Source of the DNA: Octopus sinensis
Lineage: Eukaryota
Length of the DNA stretch: 53,012 nucleotides
Assembly (NCBI RefSeq): GCF_006345805.1
Contig: NW_021833846.1
Location: 1-53,012, forward strand
Reading direction: 5' to 3'
Numbering within the stretch: the stretch's first letter is position 1; the number at the start of each line of letters is the position of its first letter. A program made the position numbers and the translations under genes. The notes beneath the pieces are model-generated. The model worked only from the letters and a program-made list of their open reading frames with translations, made no database searches and was not told the DNA's origin. Below are positions 1 through 13,184 of this stretch, in pieces.

Positions 1-712
1 ATCAAGAGGTCCCACAAGTCATATCATGGACATGACATCTCTCTAATGCTGGTGCCACAAAAAGAAAAATGCACTCTGTAAATTGGTTGGTGTTGGGTGG
101 GGGTAAGGGGCATCTTGTAAAAACCGAGCCTAAAATGAAACTCACCAGCAAGATGTCCTCCAGCTTGTTTAGGTGAGCAGCATATAGACAGTTTTGAGGA
201 TAGATTAAAAGAAGTACAATGCCAAATGCTGTAGGAATTAAGTCTTCTGATTGGTCACTTCTATGGTACAAATGTCAAAAGAAAGGCAATTTGATGTTGG
301 TTGCATGCTGCTATTTAAGATAAAGAAATGCTTCACTTAGATATAAATAAGGAGTATGGATTTAATTCCTTTGGAGTAGATTATAAAACTTGGATTTTGA
401 GTGGAGTGTTCCTCTTGGAATTGGTTGTGATACCCTAACTATTGAATACAAGCCACTGAGGGTGCTTATAAAAGGTTGCTAGACTTTCCAGAAATAACTG
501 TCAAATTTCCTTCAAATCACATTCTACTGTCTTAATGCAAGAAAGGCATTAAACAATGTTGTTGTTGAGACAGCATAGTCATATCTGGAATACCTTTGAA
601 CATAGGTCCACTGAAATCAAGGCTGACCTGAGTCAAACAACAATAACTATTGATTTAGAAAGTGTCAACAACTGAAACCTCAGTGTAAGCACAAATATTT
701 AAGTGCCAAGTT

Positions 713-935
713 CATCATCATCATTATCCTCATCATTTAATGTCCATTTTCCATGCTAGTGTGGGTTGACCAGTGAGACAGGAGCTGGCAGGCCAGAGGA
801 CAACTTCAATCTTCAATGTCTGCTTTGATCTGATGTCTATGGCTAGATGCCTATCCTGATGCCAATCACTTTACACAGTATGTCAGGTGTTTTTTAAATG
901 GTACTAGCACTAGTGTGGTTACCATGTAACTTGTA
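713..935 (-). mobile_element. Degenerate RTE-type 3' tail repeat, (GAT)n-tailed
   Basis: catcatcatt...tttaatgtccattttccatgctag...gctagatgcctatcctgatgccaatcac, homologous to many other copies in the window. Confidence 0.7.
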
Positions 936-1386
936 AGTCTCCTCCTCAATTGAGGTGGTAGGGATGTATTGAGGGAGCTGGTTTTATGCTATGTGATAAG
1001 AAGTTAAAGATAATAGAATATCTTACTGGATACTCCAGTTGGAAGAGAAAAAGAATGGTGGTGAAAATGTGTCAGGGTGCACCCTTGAGTTACTGGAAGG
1101 TAAATTTTCTTATATCCTTAATGAGAACTATTGCCAAAGTAGGTGACAAGAATCATTAATATTGCAGTTAAGTTTAATGCCCAATCACTAGCAAATGGGA
1201 ATTTCTACAAGTTCACTTGACCCAATTGATAGCAACCAATGCCCTCAATTCTCTCCATATCACCTTGAAAATAGAAACAGTAAACTGAAAGAGTGATCCT
1301 AGCTATCCTGATAAATAAAGGAAAGTCACTGAAATTAGTCTGTCTGATTAGGGCTAGCCTGGGGCTAAGCAACTTTGATACCCATT

Positions 1387-1590
1387 TTAACCCTTTCATT
1401 ACCGTACCTATTTTGAGATGATCTATGTATCTTTCAATTAATCTTAAATATAACAAAGAATTTAATTAAAATAACTTAGTTATCATTAAGCTAGTGTTAG
1501 GAACATAAATTGTGACTAGAGTTTGGTGGAAGATTTTAATTCAAAACTTATGAAAACAAGACATTTGTACTCAGAGCCAGAGCTGGTTCA
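1387..1590. mobile_element. TTAA-flanked MITE-like repeat (piggyBac-like end), partial
   Basis: Starts ttaa-ccctttc; interior (tttcaattaa...aacaaagaattt...aaaataactt.gttatcattaa) is shared with 30052-30258. Confidence 0.5.
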
Positions 1591-2790
1591 TTTTCATTAT
1601 ATTGAATTGTTTGGATATATTTAATTCTAAAAAGTTTTAAATATAAAGATATGAAACGTTATAGCAAAAAATCAGTGCTGGCTATAGTTTCTGTAGAAAT
1701 AACCGTAACAAAATATTGTAAAGAGCACTGCTAGGATGTGTTGACTTATAAAAACATTTAATTTATTTTATAGTACATTAGAGTTGCATAATAAAATTCC
1801 ACATTCCTACTATTCTTTAAAATTTAAGGATAAATATCTATTTGTTTCTCAAATTCAAATAAGTAAATTACTTGAATATTTATCATCAGATGTATCATTT
1901 AATGGGTTTTCAGACTCAGTGAGCTCAAGGCAGTATTAAGAGTTATATTGTTTATACATTGTTTGAGGGCATTAAAAAAGCAAGAGGAACTACTATAATT
2001 ATAAATCAATCCTTGTCTGCAGATTTGCGAAAGATTTATAATCTATGCTATAGTGTTTAAGTACAATGATGGTGAAATTATATAATCTAGAGGAATGATG
2101 AGCATTCTAAAGAGACACTCTATTGCAAACCACTGAGAAGTTCTGTTTTAAACTGAAGTTCACACAGAACAAGGGAAACATTGTAATGGAACAGTGTTGT
2201 ATAAAATACTATAAGATATAAAGAAAAGAGCGAGACAAGTTAAGAGATATTGAGCAGCATGGAATTATACTTATAGATTTAGAAGGAAAGAATATATTGT
2301 AAATTGTATATTGTATCTTGGAATCACATTACAAATCTGTAAGTCTAGATGAATCAGAATGTCTTTTGGGAGAGGCTTGTGTAACCTGTTCAAAGTTGTA
2401 TGAGCCTTTTACTGTCTGTGACATCAGAACAGATAAACTATTTTTTATTAGCAAAAACACTTGAATCTCGATGGTCCAGTCTATCTAGCTATATGTATCA
2501 TAGAACAGTGCAGCACATAAGAAAGAGCAGTGAGAGAATTATGAAATTATATAAATTAGTCTGCAGTGTTGTGATTGAGTTCTCATGTGGGGCTTTGACT
2601 ATTCATGCACATAGCAAAAGAAAATAATAAACTTGATTTGAATTTCAGACTACTACAATCTATGTCATCTTGAAACAACTTTTTACTTTAATTACCCATT
2701 AAATAAATTACATACTGATTTTCTTCTTTTTCCTAAACCCATTTTAATTGCTTTGATTCTCTTTCATTTACATCTTTTGAACTTTTTCAG

Positions 2791-3098
2791 ATGATACTGA
2801 ATCTGCAAGCTATTTTGTTTTAAAGAATGATTCTAATGCTGCTTTAATTGAGACCAAGAAAGGAGTTGATTATGAAACAACAAAATTCTTAAAACTGGTG
2901 GTAGTTGTCCAGAATTGTATTGAGGTCACATATAATGCTTCATGTCCTAAATCTCCCTCTCCTGATATACTCAACAAAATGAATGTAGATGTTGTCATTC
3001 AAGATGCTGATGACAATCCACCAATATTTACTGAAAAAGCATTTAGTAAAGCTATTATATTTGATATTTCTAAAGAAGAAAAAATATTAGAGTTGGAA
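2791..3098 (+). CDS. Cadherin-23/Cad87A-like cadherin, exon A (EC repeat and linker)
   Basis: Acceptor ttttcag|at (phase 1), donor gaa|gtaagt (phase 0). Encodes DTESASYFVLK...KKGVDYETTKFLKLVVVVQNC...VVIQDADDNPPIFT...ILELE, with cadherin Ca-binding motifs DYE and DxDDNxP. Confidence 0.92.
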
Positions 3099-3174
3099 GT
3101 AAGTATATTTAAATGCTGAAACTTTCAGAGCTTATTTTAAATGTTTTCATGAGTCAATACTGTGTACTACTGTA

Positions 3175-3397
3175 TTTATTCTTTATTGCCCACAAGGAGC
3201 TGAACATAGAGGGGACAAACACAGACAGAGAAAGGGATTAAATCGATTACATCAACTCCAGTGCGTAACTGGTACTTATTTCATCAACCCCAAAAGGATG
3301 AAAGGCAAAGTCGACCTCGGCGGAATTTGAACTCAGAACGTAACAGCAGACGAAATACCGTTGCCCAGTGCTAATGATTCTGCCAGCTCACCACCTT
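3175..3397 (-). mobile_element. tRNA-derived SINE
   Basis: Minus strand head ggtgagctggcagaatcattagc...gagttcaaattcc (A/B-box-like), body gtcgactttgcctttcatcc, A-rich tail aataaagaataaa. Confidence 0.8.
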
Positions 3398-4250
3398 TGT
3401 ACTACAGTGTACTACTGTATTAGTAGTGCACTTAAACCATGTTATAAGATCATCTCTACTGATTTTTCATAGAAATTGTAACCAGTATTGATTTAGTTAT
3501 GATTTTCATATCCAAGGTGCCAGATGAAGACAAACAATGAGATTGAAGAGGGGAAAATGAGTAATGGGTATATATGCCATATTTTGGGAGTTTTTGCTCC
3601 TTTATCAACACCCATCCAACCCATTAATCATCCATAAACTCATTCATTGCTGAGCTTTCTTTATGTTGATTACTTTTTATGAAACTCAAGTTTATTTTCT
3701 AAGTTGTGTTGTTGAATAGTTTTCATATGGTCAGAGGAGGATAAATAAATTCAGTATTTGTCGTATTTGAACTCCAGGCATTGAGAACAAAACTAAACAA
3801 GACAATTAGTTCCATAATCTATCAGGGTTTCAAACAGATGAGATATAAATTTCTTCCTTATTTTAGATTAGAAATCAATAAGATCTATCATGTTTCCCCT
3901 TCAATTGAATTTATGGTAGGGGAGATTTTATACATATTTTAGTCTTGAATTTCTCAAGTTGATAGAGAAGATATCTCTTCTTGAATTCATATGGTGCAAC
4001 TTCAGTTGGAATTTGAAATTGTTCTGAGTCTGTAACACATGGAATTTGACTTTGCCTTTTCATCCCTTTAGAGGAATTATAAAATAAGTATTAGTGGGAT
4101 TTACTCAATTCATTATAAAATTTAACATTTTGCTCACATTTATTTTATTAGAGCTTGTACCATTTTATTTATGTATGTATTTCTTGAATTTTAAGATTAT
4201 TATATGTGGATCAAAAGTATTTATAAGGTTCTTTGATATTTTCTTGTTAG

Positions 4251-4481
4251 TATTATGTGAATGATGCAGATACTGACCCAAAGAATAAGCAGCATAAATA
4301 TTTCATTGAATCCTTTGAATACTTTGGCAATGATGCATTGAAACAATTGAAGACTCCCTTTGAAATAAGAAATAGTGGTATTTATCGAAAAGCAGATCTT
4401 GATTCAAGTGTCAGTGGATATATTCAAATGCTTATTAAGGCTAACGACACCAATGGCTTGGATACTACAGCTACTGTTAAG
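4251..4481 (+). CDS. Cadherin-23/Cad87A-like cadherin, exon B (last EC repeat)
   Basis: Acceptor ttcttgttag|tat (phase 0, matches exon A), donor aag|gtatgt (phase 0). YYVNDADTDPKN...GYIQMLIKANDTNGLDTTATVK contains DxD and AxD motifs. Confidence 0.9.
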
Positions 4482-4945
4482 GTATGTTTACACCATTTTG
4501 CTTTTCTAAAACAATTTGAGTACATACATATTTTTTCTTCATTATCAAGTTTACAAATCAATAAGATCTAGCCAAAAAGGAGTCTGTAAGTGATCACTGA
4601 ACCAGCTAAAAATTGCAGTCGTATATCCTTAAATGACGCTGTATTGTCATTAAATAAAGGCACATTGGATAATATTGTCTGGCTAAGATTGTCATGGCTA
4701 CTTTGTCTTTGACCATAGGTCTAAACTGGGACTAAAAGACAACAATCAGAGCTTATTTGAAGCAACTTTCTCCAAATATACATTTAGAAAGTTGTCTTGT
4801 TTCACTCTTGCACTAATCATTGAATGGATGAAATGAAAGAACTTTATTATATAAACTAATTCATAACAATTGCTTAATGGGTCCATGTAAATATCCTAGC
4901 ATAGGGACAGTACATATGTCCTGTATTGTTCCTATTTATTGCTAT

Positions 4946-5318
4946 CTTTATCTTTTACTTGTTTCAGTCATTAGACAGCAGTCATGCTGGAGCACTACCT
5001 TAAAAAATTTTTAGTTGAAAGAATCTACTCTCAGTACTTTTTTTCTTAAACCTCTTACTTATTCTATTGGTCTCTTTTGCCAAACTGCTAAGTTATGGGG
5101 ATGTAAAGACACCAACACTGGTTATCAAGTACAGACATAAAGACACACACACATGCAGTAGGCTTCGTCCAGTTTCCATCTACTGAATTCACTCACAAGG
5201 CTTTGGTCAGCCTGAGGCTATAGTAGAAGACACTTGCCCTAAGTGTCATGCTGTGGGACTGAACCTGGAACCAAGTGGATGGGAAGCAAGCTTCTTACCA
5301 CACAGGCATGCCTGTGCC
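4946..5318 (-). mobile_element. tRNA-derived SINE with CR1-like 3' tail
   Basis: Minus strand head ggcatgcctgtgtggtaagaagc...ggttcagtccc, core gggcaagtgtcttctactatagcc, tail gctccagcatgactgc...gactgaaacaagtaaaaga. Confidence 0.8.
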
Positions 5319-5629
5319 TACTTCATTCTTTTTTTTAATAATAGTTCTGTGATCATTGTATGCAGCCATTTATACCTTTTTACAAATTGCGACTTGATGA
5401 CAACATACTCTTCACATGTAACTACCATGCATGTGGGTGTAAGATATTGTATGATAGTGAAACATGGGAATTACATGCAGAAGGTTTGTGAATATTAGCA
5501 AGAAATAAGATGAGTGTACATTTGCTTGATGTCTAATGTTAATGTACATGAATGATGGAGCATATGTCTAGTAAATAGAATAAGGGCAGGATGGAAAGTG
5601 TTTAATTCAATAAAGAATGTGTTCAAAAC

Positions 5630-6080
5630 AAAGATAGACAATACCATACATGCCAAACACTTCAATAATACCATCCTACCTGTGCTTTTATATGCAAGTC
5701 AGACTTGAGCTACTATGAAAAGGATAGAATGATTGGTGGTGATGCAAAGGGTTATAGAAAGATCCATGCTAGGAATATCATTAAAAGAACATATTTGAAA
5801 TGATATCATTCAATAACAGAGCAGAGTGAATGATGTGATTGGTGAATACTGAAAGCACAAGTTCCACTGGACCTAAAATGTTGCAAAGTTCACAGACAAC
5901 AGGTGGACTTGTGCAGTTGCCGGGTGGTATCTAAGAGTTCAGAATAGGCCACTTGAATGGCCTAATGGGAAGATGATCTAGCTAAGCAATTTGGGTCAAA
6001 ATGGAAAAGACAGAATTGGAAGTGCATTATGACCAGCATTGTATAATAGCACCTGATAGTCTGGTCATTTCTGTGATACT
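5630..6080 (+). mobile_element. Highly degraded RTE-clade LINE C-terminal fragment
   Basis: aataccatcctacctgtgcttttatatgcaagtcagact reads NTILPVLLYASQT(*), matching the RTE LLYxxETW motif; many stops. Confidence 0.55.
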
Positions 6081-6110
6081 GTGATATATATACACATATA
6101 TATTTATATT

Positions 6111-6146
<36 letters not shown>

Positions 6147-6315
6147 TGGGTGGGTGTATAAGTAAGTATGTACATTTCTGCATTTGTGTATAAACTTATG
6201 GTTGCATACCGCTTTGTTTGGGAGAACATATATGGGTGTCTGCATGCGTCTTTTAGCAGGTGTGTGTGTGTATACACGCACATATATACTTATACATACA
6301 TATATGTATATATAT

Positions 6316-7640
6316 CATCATCATTTAATGTCTGTTGTCCATGCTGGCATGAGTTAGATGGTTTGGATGGTTGGTAAGCTGGAAGGCTGCATCAGACTTC
6401 AGTCTGGTTTGGCATGGTTTTCTGTGGCTGGATGCCCTTCCTAATGCCAACCACTCTGAGGGTGTAATGGGTGCTTTTTCATGCCACCAGAATGGGAGCC
6501 ATTTACATGACACTGGTATATGTCACAACTGTGATTTTGCTTGGTTTGACAGGTCTTCTTCTCAAGCACGACATAATGCCTAAGGTCTTGGTCATTGCCT
6601 CCGTGAGACCCAACACTTGAAAGGAAGTCAGCCACTTTGCCTCTGTGAGGCCCAATGCTTGAAAGAAACCTAGCCTCTTTGTCTTCAGGAAGCACAACAC
6701 TCGAAAGGAACTCAGTCAGTTTGTCTCCATGAGACCCAATACTGGAAAGGAATGCAGCCACTTTGCATCCAGGGAGCCCAACACTCGAAAGGAACTCAAC
6801 CACTTTGCCTCCGTGAGGCCCAGCACTTGAAAGGAACTCATCCACTTTGCCTCTGTGAGGCTCAATGCTCGAACGGTTACATGCTGTTGGCATTTGTACC
6901 AGTTACACGACACCAACATCAGCCATGACTATGATTTCACTTGACTTGATGTGCTTCTCAAGTATAGCATACCACTAAAGGTCTCAGTTATTAGTCATTG
7001 CTTTTGTGGGACTCAAAGTTCAAAGATCATGCTTCACCACTTTGTCCCGTGTCTTCCTGGGTCTATGAAGCTAGGATGTTCCACTGGATGTGCAATGTCA
7101 GTGTGCACATATGATAGTGTAAGTGCCTTAAGAGAAAAATTGGGTATAAGAGGCCTCAGATGTAGTGTGCAAAAGAGAAGACTGTGCTAATATAGTCTTG
7201 TGGTGCGTATGAATGAGGACAGTTGTGTAAAGAAGTGTCAATCTCTAAATTGGAGGAAACTTGTGGAAGAGGTAGACTTAGGAAAGCATGGGACAAGGTG
7301 GTGAAATATGATCTCTGGTTGTTGAGTATCATGGTGGTGATTTCAAGTAAATGAGAATCATGGCAATTTTCTGTGCTTGAGAATACACATCAAGGTAAGT
7401 GAAATCATGGCCATGTCTAATGATGGTGATACATAAAAAGCACCCATGCTAGTGACACATAAAGGACACACAGTACACTCTGGGAAGTGATTGATGTTAG
7501 GAAGGGCATCTAGCCATAGAAACCATGCCAAAACAGACAGCTGGAACATGGTGCAGCTCTCTAGACTTACCAGCTATGGCCAATCCATCTAACCCATGCC
7601 AAAACATAGACAATAAGTGATAAAGATGATAATGACGATA
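6316..7640. mobile_element. Mosaic of RTE LINE 3' fragments in both orientations
   Basis: Minus-strand tail 6316-6600; plus-strand C-terminal fragment SVSALREKLGIRGLRCSVQKRRL (~7065-7350) with tail to ~7640. Confidence 0.75.
6597..6872. repeat. 42-bp minisatellite, about 6.5 copies, derived from RTE coding end
   Basis: Units start at 6597, 6639, 6681, 6723, 6765, 6807 and 6849 (gcctccgtgaggcccaacacttgaaaggaactcagccacttt). Confidence 0.9.
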
Positions 7641-8135
7641 TATATGTGTGTGCGTGTATGTGTGTATATAGCCTGGGCAAAGTTTAGAAAGCTTCTACTC
7701 CTACTGGTGACAAAGGGTCTCTCACTCAGAGTGAATGGTAGATTGTACGACGCATCTGTGTGAACTGCCATGCTTCACGGTAGTGAAACATGGGCTGTGA
7801 CTGTAGAAGACAGGTGTAGGCTTGAAAGAAATGAAGCTAGCATGATCCGCTGGATGTGTAATGTCAGTGTGCACACACAACAGTGTAAGTGCCCTGAGAG
7901 AAATGCTGGACATAAGAAGCATTGGATGTAGTATGCAAGAGAGACGCTTGCGCTGGTATGGTCATGTACTGTGGATGGATGAAGAGAGATGTGTGAAGAA
8001 GTGCCACTCCCAAATAGTTGAAGGAATCTGGAGTAGAAGTAGACCCAGGAAGACATGGGATGAGGTGGTCAAGCATAACCTTCAAATGTTGGGCCTCACA
8101 GAGGCAATGACGAAAGACCGAGATCTCTGGAGATA

Positions 8136-9426
8136 CGAGGGACGTTCAATAAGTAATGCCTCTGACCCATTTGCAGTTGTTTGATCTAGCTGAAATTTTG
8201 CATGTGCAATTATTTATATCTCTATAGATTAATTGGCAAATTACAGCTCTGAGCCAATTGTGGTTTCTGATTTACAGGTGTTTGAACTGAGTCAAGTGTG
8301 AAATGGAGCCTGTTGAGTGTCGAGCAGTGATCCGGTTTTTGTATTTGAAAGGACGCACACCACAGGAGACTTTTGATGAAATGAAAGTAACTTATAGTGA
8401 TGATGCCCCATCATATGACCTTGTAAAGCGCTGGCATCGTGAATTCAAACATGGTCGGAACTCTGTGGAAACAGCTCCCAGATCTGGTCACCCCCTTCTG
8501 CCATTGATGAGGCATCTGTCCGTCAAGTTGAGGCTGCCATTTTGGAAGATCGATGCATAACTATTCGCCAAATAGCCCATGAGGTCAAGATTAGTACCGG
8601 TCTGTGGAAACTATCATTCATGACCATTTGCATATGCAAAAGGTGTCTGCCAGATGGATTCCCAGGTTGCTCACACCTTTTCAGAAGCAAGAACGCGTCG
8701 AGTGCTCGAGGATGAATTTGGAGATGTGCCAAGAAGATGAGTCAAAATTTTTCAAAAGACTGATTACACAGGATGAAACCTGGGTCCATCACTATGATTC
8801 AGAGACCAAAGCCCAGTCAATGCAGTGGAAGCACCGTGACTCACCTCCTCCAAAGAAGGCAAGGGTGCAGCCCTCTGCTGGCAAGGTCATGCTCACAGTC
8901 TTCTGGGACCAGGATGGAGTAGTGATGACAGATTTCCTGGCAAAGGGTACCACAATTACAGGAGCCTATTATGCTTCACTTTTGAGGAAATTATGAGAAG
9001 CTATCAAAATCAAGAGGTGGGGCAAGATCAGCAAAGGCATCCTCCTCCTGCAGGACAATGCTCCGGTCCACAACTCGTGTGTCGCCAGATCAGAAGCACA
9101 GGCGTGCTGCTATGAACTCCTTCCCCATCCCCCCTACGCTCCTGACCTTGCACCCTCTGATTTTCACCTCTTCCCAGCCATGAAGTTTTTTTTGAAAGGA
9201 AAGCATTTCACAGATGATGCAGCCTTGATTTCTAAAGTCACGTCGTGGTTGGAGGACCAAGCTGGGGTCTTCTACAAAAACAGTCTCCAGCGCTGCATCA
9301 AACGATGGGAGAGATGCGTAACTCTGGGTGGTTCCTATGTAGAAAAAGACTAATAACTGTGCCAAGTTTCGTTGCTCTACTGCTATAGGAAGTGGGTCAG
9401 GGGCATTACTTATTGAACGCCCCTCG
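8136..9426 (+). mobile_element. Full-length mariner (DD34D) transposon, 1291 bp, inactivated
   Basis: TIRs cgagggacgttcaataagtaatgcctctgaccca / tgggtcaggggcattacttattgaacgcccctcg (2 mismatches in 34 bp); TA TSD at 8134-35 and 9427-28. Confidence 0.95.
8303..9353 (+). pseudogene. Mariner transposase pseudogene
   Basis: HTH N-terminus, WIPRLL, ITQDETWV, QDNAPVH, HPPYAPDLAPSDFHLF with 34 residues between the second and third Asp. Frameshift near 8490 and in-frame TGA at 8994-96. Confidence 0.93.
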
Positions 9427-9975
9427 TATGCTGTGACTGCGAAGACCCGACAAATAATGTGAGTTCATGGCTGTTTCCTGCACCAGTTTCGCATAGCAGC
9501 CCCAGCCCATCCAAAGTACCTTGGATCGCAGAACGACCTGCTGTGCTTACCTTGGATTGTAGGGTGACCTGCTGTGCTTGAGGAGACCTATTGAGTCAAG
9601 TACATGAACATCACAATAAAAGTCAAATGGAAATTGTAGTTGTGATACCTGTGCCGGTGGCATGTAAAAAGCACCATCCGAATGTGGCCGATGCCAGCGC
9701 TGCCTTGACTGGCTTCCGTGCCGGTGGTACATAAAAAACACCAACCGATCGTGGCCGCTGCCAGCCTCCCCTGGCACCTGTGTCGGTGGGACGTAAAAAG
9801 CACCCACTACACTCACGGAGTGGTTGGCGTTAGGAAGGGCATCCAACTGTAGAAACACTGCCAGATCAGACTGGAGCCTGCTGCAGCCTCCAGGCTTCCC
9901 AGACCCTGGTCTAACCGTCCAACCTGTGCTAGCATGGAAAACGGATGTTAAACGACGACGGCGGCGGCAGCGGCT

Positions 9976-10055
9976 AGATAGATAGATAGATAGATAGATT
10001 ATATATATATATAGATAGATAGATAGATATAGATATAATATAGATAGATAGATAG

Positions 10056-10104
<49 letters not shown>

Positions 10105-10619
10105 TAGATAGATAGATAGATATAGATAGATATAGATAGATAGATAGATAGATATAGATAGATAGATAGATATATATATATAGATATAGATATATATATA
10201 TATAGATATAGATATAGATAGATAGATAGATAGATATATATATATAGATATATATATATAGATATAGATAGATAGATAGATATTATATATATATTAGATA
10301 GATATATATAGATAGATGATATATATATAGATATATATATATATAATTGATAGATAGATAATATATATATAGATAGATATATAGATAGATAGATAGATAT
10401 ATATATAGATAGATAGATATATATAGATAGATATATATATATAGATAGATTATATAGATAGATAGATATATATATAGATAGATAGATATATATATATAGA
10501 TAGATAGATAGATAGATAGATAGAATATATATATATAGATAGATATATATAGATAGATAGATAGATATATATATATAGATATATATTGATATATATATTA
10601 TATAGATATATATGATATA

Positions 10620-10658
<39 letters not shown>

Positions 10659-10699
10659 ATATATATAATATATATATTATATTATATATATATAATATA

Positions 10700-10734
<35 letters not shown>

Positions 10735-10938
10735 ATATATATTGATATATATAATATATAGATATATATATATATTGATATATATATATATATATTGATA
10801 TATATATATATTGATATATATATATATTGATATATATATATATATTGATATATATATATTATATAATATATATATAGATATATATATATATATATATAAT
10901 ATATATATTGATATATATTGATATATATATATATATAT

Positions 10939-10978
<40 letters not shown>

Positions 10979-11919
10979 TATTGATATATATATATATATA
11001 TTGATATATATATATAATATATTGATATATATATATATATATATATTGATATATATATATATATATAATTGATATATATATTGATATATATTGATAATAT
11101 ATTGATATATATTGATATATATATATATATATATTGATATATATATAATATATATATATATTATATATAATATATTGATATATATATATATCTATATATA
11201 TAATATATATATATATATATAGATTGATATATATATATTATATATAGATAGATATATATATATATATATAGATAGATTATATATATATATATATAGATAG
11301 ATATATATATATATATAGATAATATATATATATATATATTGATAGATATAGATAGATAGATAGATATATATATATTGAGATAGATATATATATATATATT
11401 GATATAGATATATATATTGATATATATATATATATATTGATATAGATATATATATATTGATATAGATATATATATATTGATATATATATATATTAATCTA
11501 TATATTATATATATAATATATAGATATTATGTAGCCGGAGTAAACACATAAATGTGAAACAAGGTGGAAAAAAGAGTACTCAAATACCAGTGGTAGAGTA
11601 ATATGCTTTATTTTAAGCAGCAGAAAATTCAACAAAATCTGTTACTCTGAGTTTCTCGTTGCCGTTGAACGGCAACGAGAAACTCAGAGTAACAGATTTT
11701 GTTGAATTTTCTGCTGCTTAAAATAAGTATATATATAGATATATATATATATTGATAATATATATATATATATATATTGATATATATATATAGATATATA
11801 TATATATATGATATATATATATTATATATATATAGATATATATATATAATATAATATATATATAGATATATATAATATAGATATATATATATATATATAT
11901 ATTATATATTGATATATAT

Positions 11920-11953
<34 letters not shown>

Positions 11954-12240
11954 GATATATATTATATATATATATATATAGATATATATATTATTGATAA
12001 TAATATATATATATATAGATTATATATATATATTAGATATATATATATATATATATATATCTATATATATATATATAGATATATATATTATATTGATATA
12101 TATTATATATATATATAGATAGATATAATAGATATATATATATATTGATATAGATATATATAGATAGATATATATATATATTGATATATATTATATATTG
12201 ATATATATAGATATATATATGAGAGAAGAGAGAGAGAGTT
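9976..12240. repeat. Compound (TAGA)n/(TA)n microsatellite tract with 200-bp insert at 11531-11727
   Basis: Seen directly. Confidence 0.95.
11531..11727. mobile_element. Penelope-like pseudo-LTR remnant with perfect 59-bp fold-back
   Basis: Arms 11608-11666 and 11668-11726 are perfectly complementary around 1 nt. They carry a partial hammerhead GA-acggcaacga-GAAA-ctcagag-TA and, on the minus strand, AATAAA; flanked by (TA)n. Confidence 0.6.
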
Positions 12241-12579
12241 AACAAATAAAATTCAGAGATACTCAAACAGAAAAGACTTAGCACTCAAATGATCTGAAGT
12301 TACACTCTGAAATCTTTCCCAAGGACTAAGTCAATGGGGTAAAGAGTGGCTATAACAAGAAGTAGATGTAGAGACAACGATGCAAATTAAGAAATGACAC
12401 TGCTTTGGCTATATACACAAAATATATAGACATATATGCATGTAAATAGAGAGAAAATAAAGACTGAAAATATTTAGACAATGAATATTTATGTATGAAT
12501 ATATAGATATTTATATATTAACAGAGCAAACTTACACAGAGTACAAAGACTCAGCAAATTAAGAGGTGAAGTATGCTTA

Positions 12580-12717
12580 CAGGTCCAACAGCTGTTTCTG
12601 GGGGACTTAGAATTACTTCATAATGTTGGCAGATGTACTTCGTAAAAGTCATGGATATGAACCTGTAGTGGGAGCACATAAACATTAGATAGATCTGGTC
12701 TCTGTCTTCAGGGTGGA
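12580..12717 (-). ncRNA. Decayed type I hammerhead ribozyme motif, long stem II insertion
   Basis: Minus strand: cc-CTGAAGA-(~106 nt)-GAAA-cagctg-TT-gg. Core intact, stems I and II poorly paired. Confidence 0.45.
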
Positions 12718-13184
12718 AGGATGGGTATCTAACTTTTCAAATATTAATGCAGGGAAATTCAAAGGTAGATGGGTGAAGAGGAAGGTAAACAAAAGTGGAG
12801 GAAGGAAGTAGGCAGCTTAATGAGGTTGTGGGAAGTGTTGAAGCAAAGTCAAATCAGGAAGAGGGAGGGGTGAATGATTAAAGTATTGAGAGAAGCAGAT
12901 GTAGAGGTGGAGAGTGGGGAGATGATTGAGAGGAGTGGGATGGTAGCTTGTGAAAGGTGGTTATTTTGTTGGGTTTCTAAGTGGACAAACCAGAACAGGA
13001 AGAGATGTTTGATAGAAAGTCGCTGAAGAGGTCACAGGTGTGTGACAAAAGATTACAAACAATGGACATAAAATAGAAACAGTAATAAACAAGTGAAGAA
13101 CAAATATAGTGTATGCGTGTTTATTTGGCAATAAACAAAAATGATCATCCTGAAATATAACAATATGTATATATTGTATATATA

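Larger units (their letters stand above)
7668..9975 (+). mobile_element. 5'-truncated RTE LINE interrupted by mariner
   Basis: AWAKFRKL...MLHGSETWAV...RRLRWYGHV...RPRKTW...DRDLWRY continues after the mariner as AVTAKTR at 9430, followed by 3' UTR and trinucleotide tail at ~9951-9975. Confidence 0.85.

Noticed and set aside
6597-6872. CRISPR-like regular repeats (also 32473-33023 and 44790-45055)
   Set aside because: Head-to-tail tandem units with no unique spacers, no cas genes, and a eukaryotic context.
6441-6893. 150-aa repetitive ORF as a real gene
   Set aside because: Fully explained by the 42-bp repeat and RTE tail; no splice or domain support.
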